From the NCBI GenBank assembly GCA_964645535.1, contig CAZYCQ010000019.1:9056-33055 (forward strand): DNA of 24,000 nt. Direction: 5' to 3'. Position 1 is the first letter of the stretch. The number at the start of each line of letters is the position of its first letter. Source of the stretch: an uncultured archaeon (GTDB taxonomy: Archaea; Asgardarchaeota; Heimdallarchaeia; Heimdallarchaeales; Kariarchaeaceae). Positions 23,272 through 24,000 of this stretch are shown here, piece after piece. The translations under genes were made by a program, and so were the position numbers. Under the pieces are notes generated by a model that was not told where the DNA came from, ran no database searches, and saw nothing but the letters and a program-made list of their open reading frames with translations.

Positions 23272-24000
23272 ATGAAAAAAACACTATTCCTCCTTTGTAT
23301 CTGGGTCATTTCTTCCATCTATCTCCCTTCCCATTTGGCAATGACGACCCAATCTCTAGCATCTTCCAATCCTCAAACGGATCTCCAAGTGAATTCAACC
23401 GATGTCATTCCCTTTGTCAATGCATCTTCCCCTACTGTTGAAAGAGGTAATTCCATCTCAATCTTGATTGGCATTATAAGCAAGGAAAATACCTCTGCAT
23501 ATGTGGCAGGTATTCCTTTCAGTCTTTCCCTTTATGATGTGGAACGGAACCTGACTCGATCTTTACTAAATGACACTACCATTGATGATGTCTATAATTA
23601 TACTCTTGAAACATATTTTACTCCAACTCCTTTGGCAAGTGGTACCTACATTGCAAATGTCACATTCCAATTTGTGGATGCCCTGATAGTTGCCAATACA
23701 ACTTTTCAGGTAATCCTTGATCCTGATGCAAGAGTCATTTTTCAACCAAGCCATTCCATGGTGGATTTCATTACTGTAGGGGATAATCTTACAATTGACC
23801 TGAAAATAGAGAATGTTGGTGCATCAAATGCCTTCAATATTTCTGTTAGCTTGCAATCGATTGATGAACCTGTTGGGTTAATTGCTCCGCAATTTCCATT
23901 GAAGATACCTTTGGTTCCACCTGAGGGAATTATTGTGTTCAATTTCACCGTCTCTCCTCCTAGATTTGGCGTGGGGAAACTGTCTTTCCTGACATCCTTC
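23272..24000 (+). CDS. Secreted/surface protein, N-glycosylation-rich, CARDB/Ig-like repeats (partial, runs off the window)
   Basis: This ORF is not in the supplied track because it has no stop before the window end. My translation from ATG 23272 is open for 243 codons. It has a signal-peptide-like N-terminus (MKKTLFLLCIWVISSIYLPSHLA), 11 N-x-S/T sequons, and a DLKIENVGASNAFNISVSL segment like CARDB beta-sandwich domains. Confidence 0.75.
   Translation, partial: MKKTLFLLCIWVISSIYLPSHLAMTTQSLASSNPQTDLQVNSTDVIPFVNASSPTVERGNSISILIGIISKENTSAYVAGIPFSLSLYDVERNLTRSLLNDTTIDDVYNYTLETYFTPTPLASGTYIANVTFQFVDALIVANTTFQVILDPDARVIFQPSHSMVDFITVGDNLTIDLKIENVGASNAFNISVSLQSIDEPVGLIAPQFPLKIPLVPPEGIIVFNFTVSPPRFGVGKLSFLTSF

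Noticed and set aside
1-24000. I scanned for CRISPR arrays, IS elements or terminal inverted repeats, rRNA genes and further tRNAs.
   Set aside because: I saw no regularly spaced direct repeats, no transposase- or integrase-like ORF, and no rRNA-like conserved stretch on either strand. The only cloverleaf-forming sequence is 10030-10103.

Overview
The window looks like an archaeal chromosome segment. Evidence: a GPN-loop GTPase, a RibL-type FAD synthase, a split archaeal-type glutamate synthase, a cis-prenyltransferase UppS, TATA-like boxes about 27 nt upstream of several start codons, and oligo-T terminators. Two housekeeping blocks are recognisable from motifs. The first (1-5.9 kb) holds ppdK, an amidohydrolase, a NYN/LabA-like protein and a membrane protein. 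The second (about 11.1-24 kb) holds uppS, the GPN GTPase, Roadblock/LC7, a three-gene glutamate-synthase cluster, a CinA-like protein, ribL, an MOFRL glycerate kinase and a secreted glycoprotein. Between them lies a visibly AT-richer stretch (about 5.93-11.1 kb) surrounding a tRNA-Pro(GGG) gene. It contains only ORFs with no housekeeping signature. (1) A translationally coupled three-gene minus-strand operon ends in a TacT/AtaT-like GNAT acetyltransferase with non-canonical upstream partners. I consider this the best candidate for an undescribed toxin-antitoxin(-chaperone)-type module. (2) A divergent two-gene cassette (246/488 aa) has no recognisable domains. (3) A roughly 190 bp GC-rich patch reads as an ORF broken by one in-frame TGA, and could be a gene relic or an ncRNA. 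(4) A 445 bp T/G-skewed non-coding spacer lies upstream of the tRNA. (5) Small membrane ORFs sit next to an unresolved sense/antisense ORF conflict. I found no CRISPR array, rRNA, transposase or integrase. Many ORF-track starts are TTG/GTG extensions, so the true starts are probably internal. All function calls rest on motifs read by eye, with no database search.
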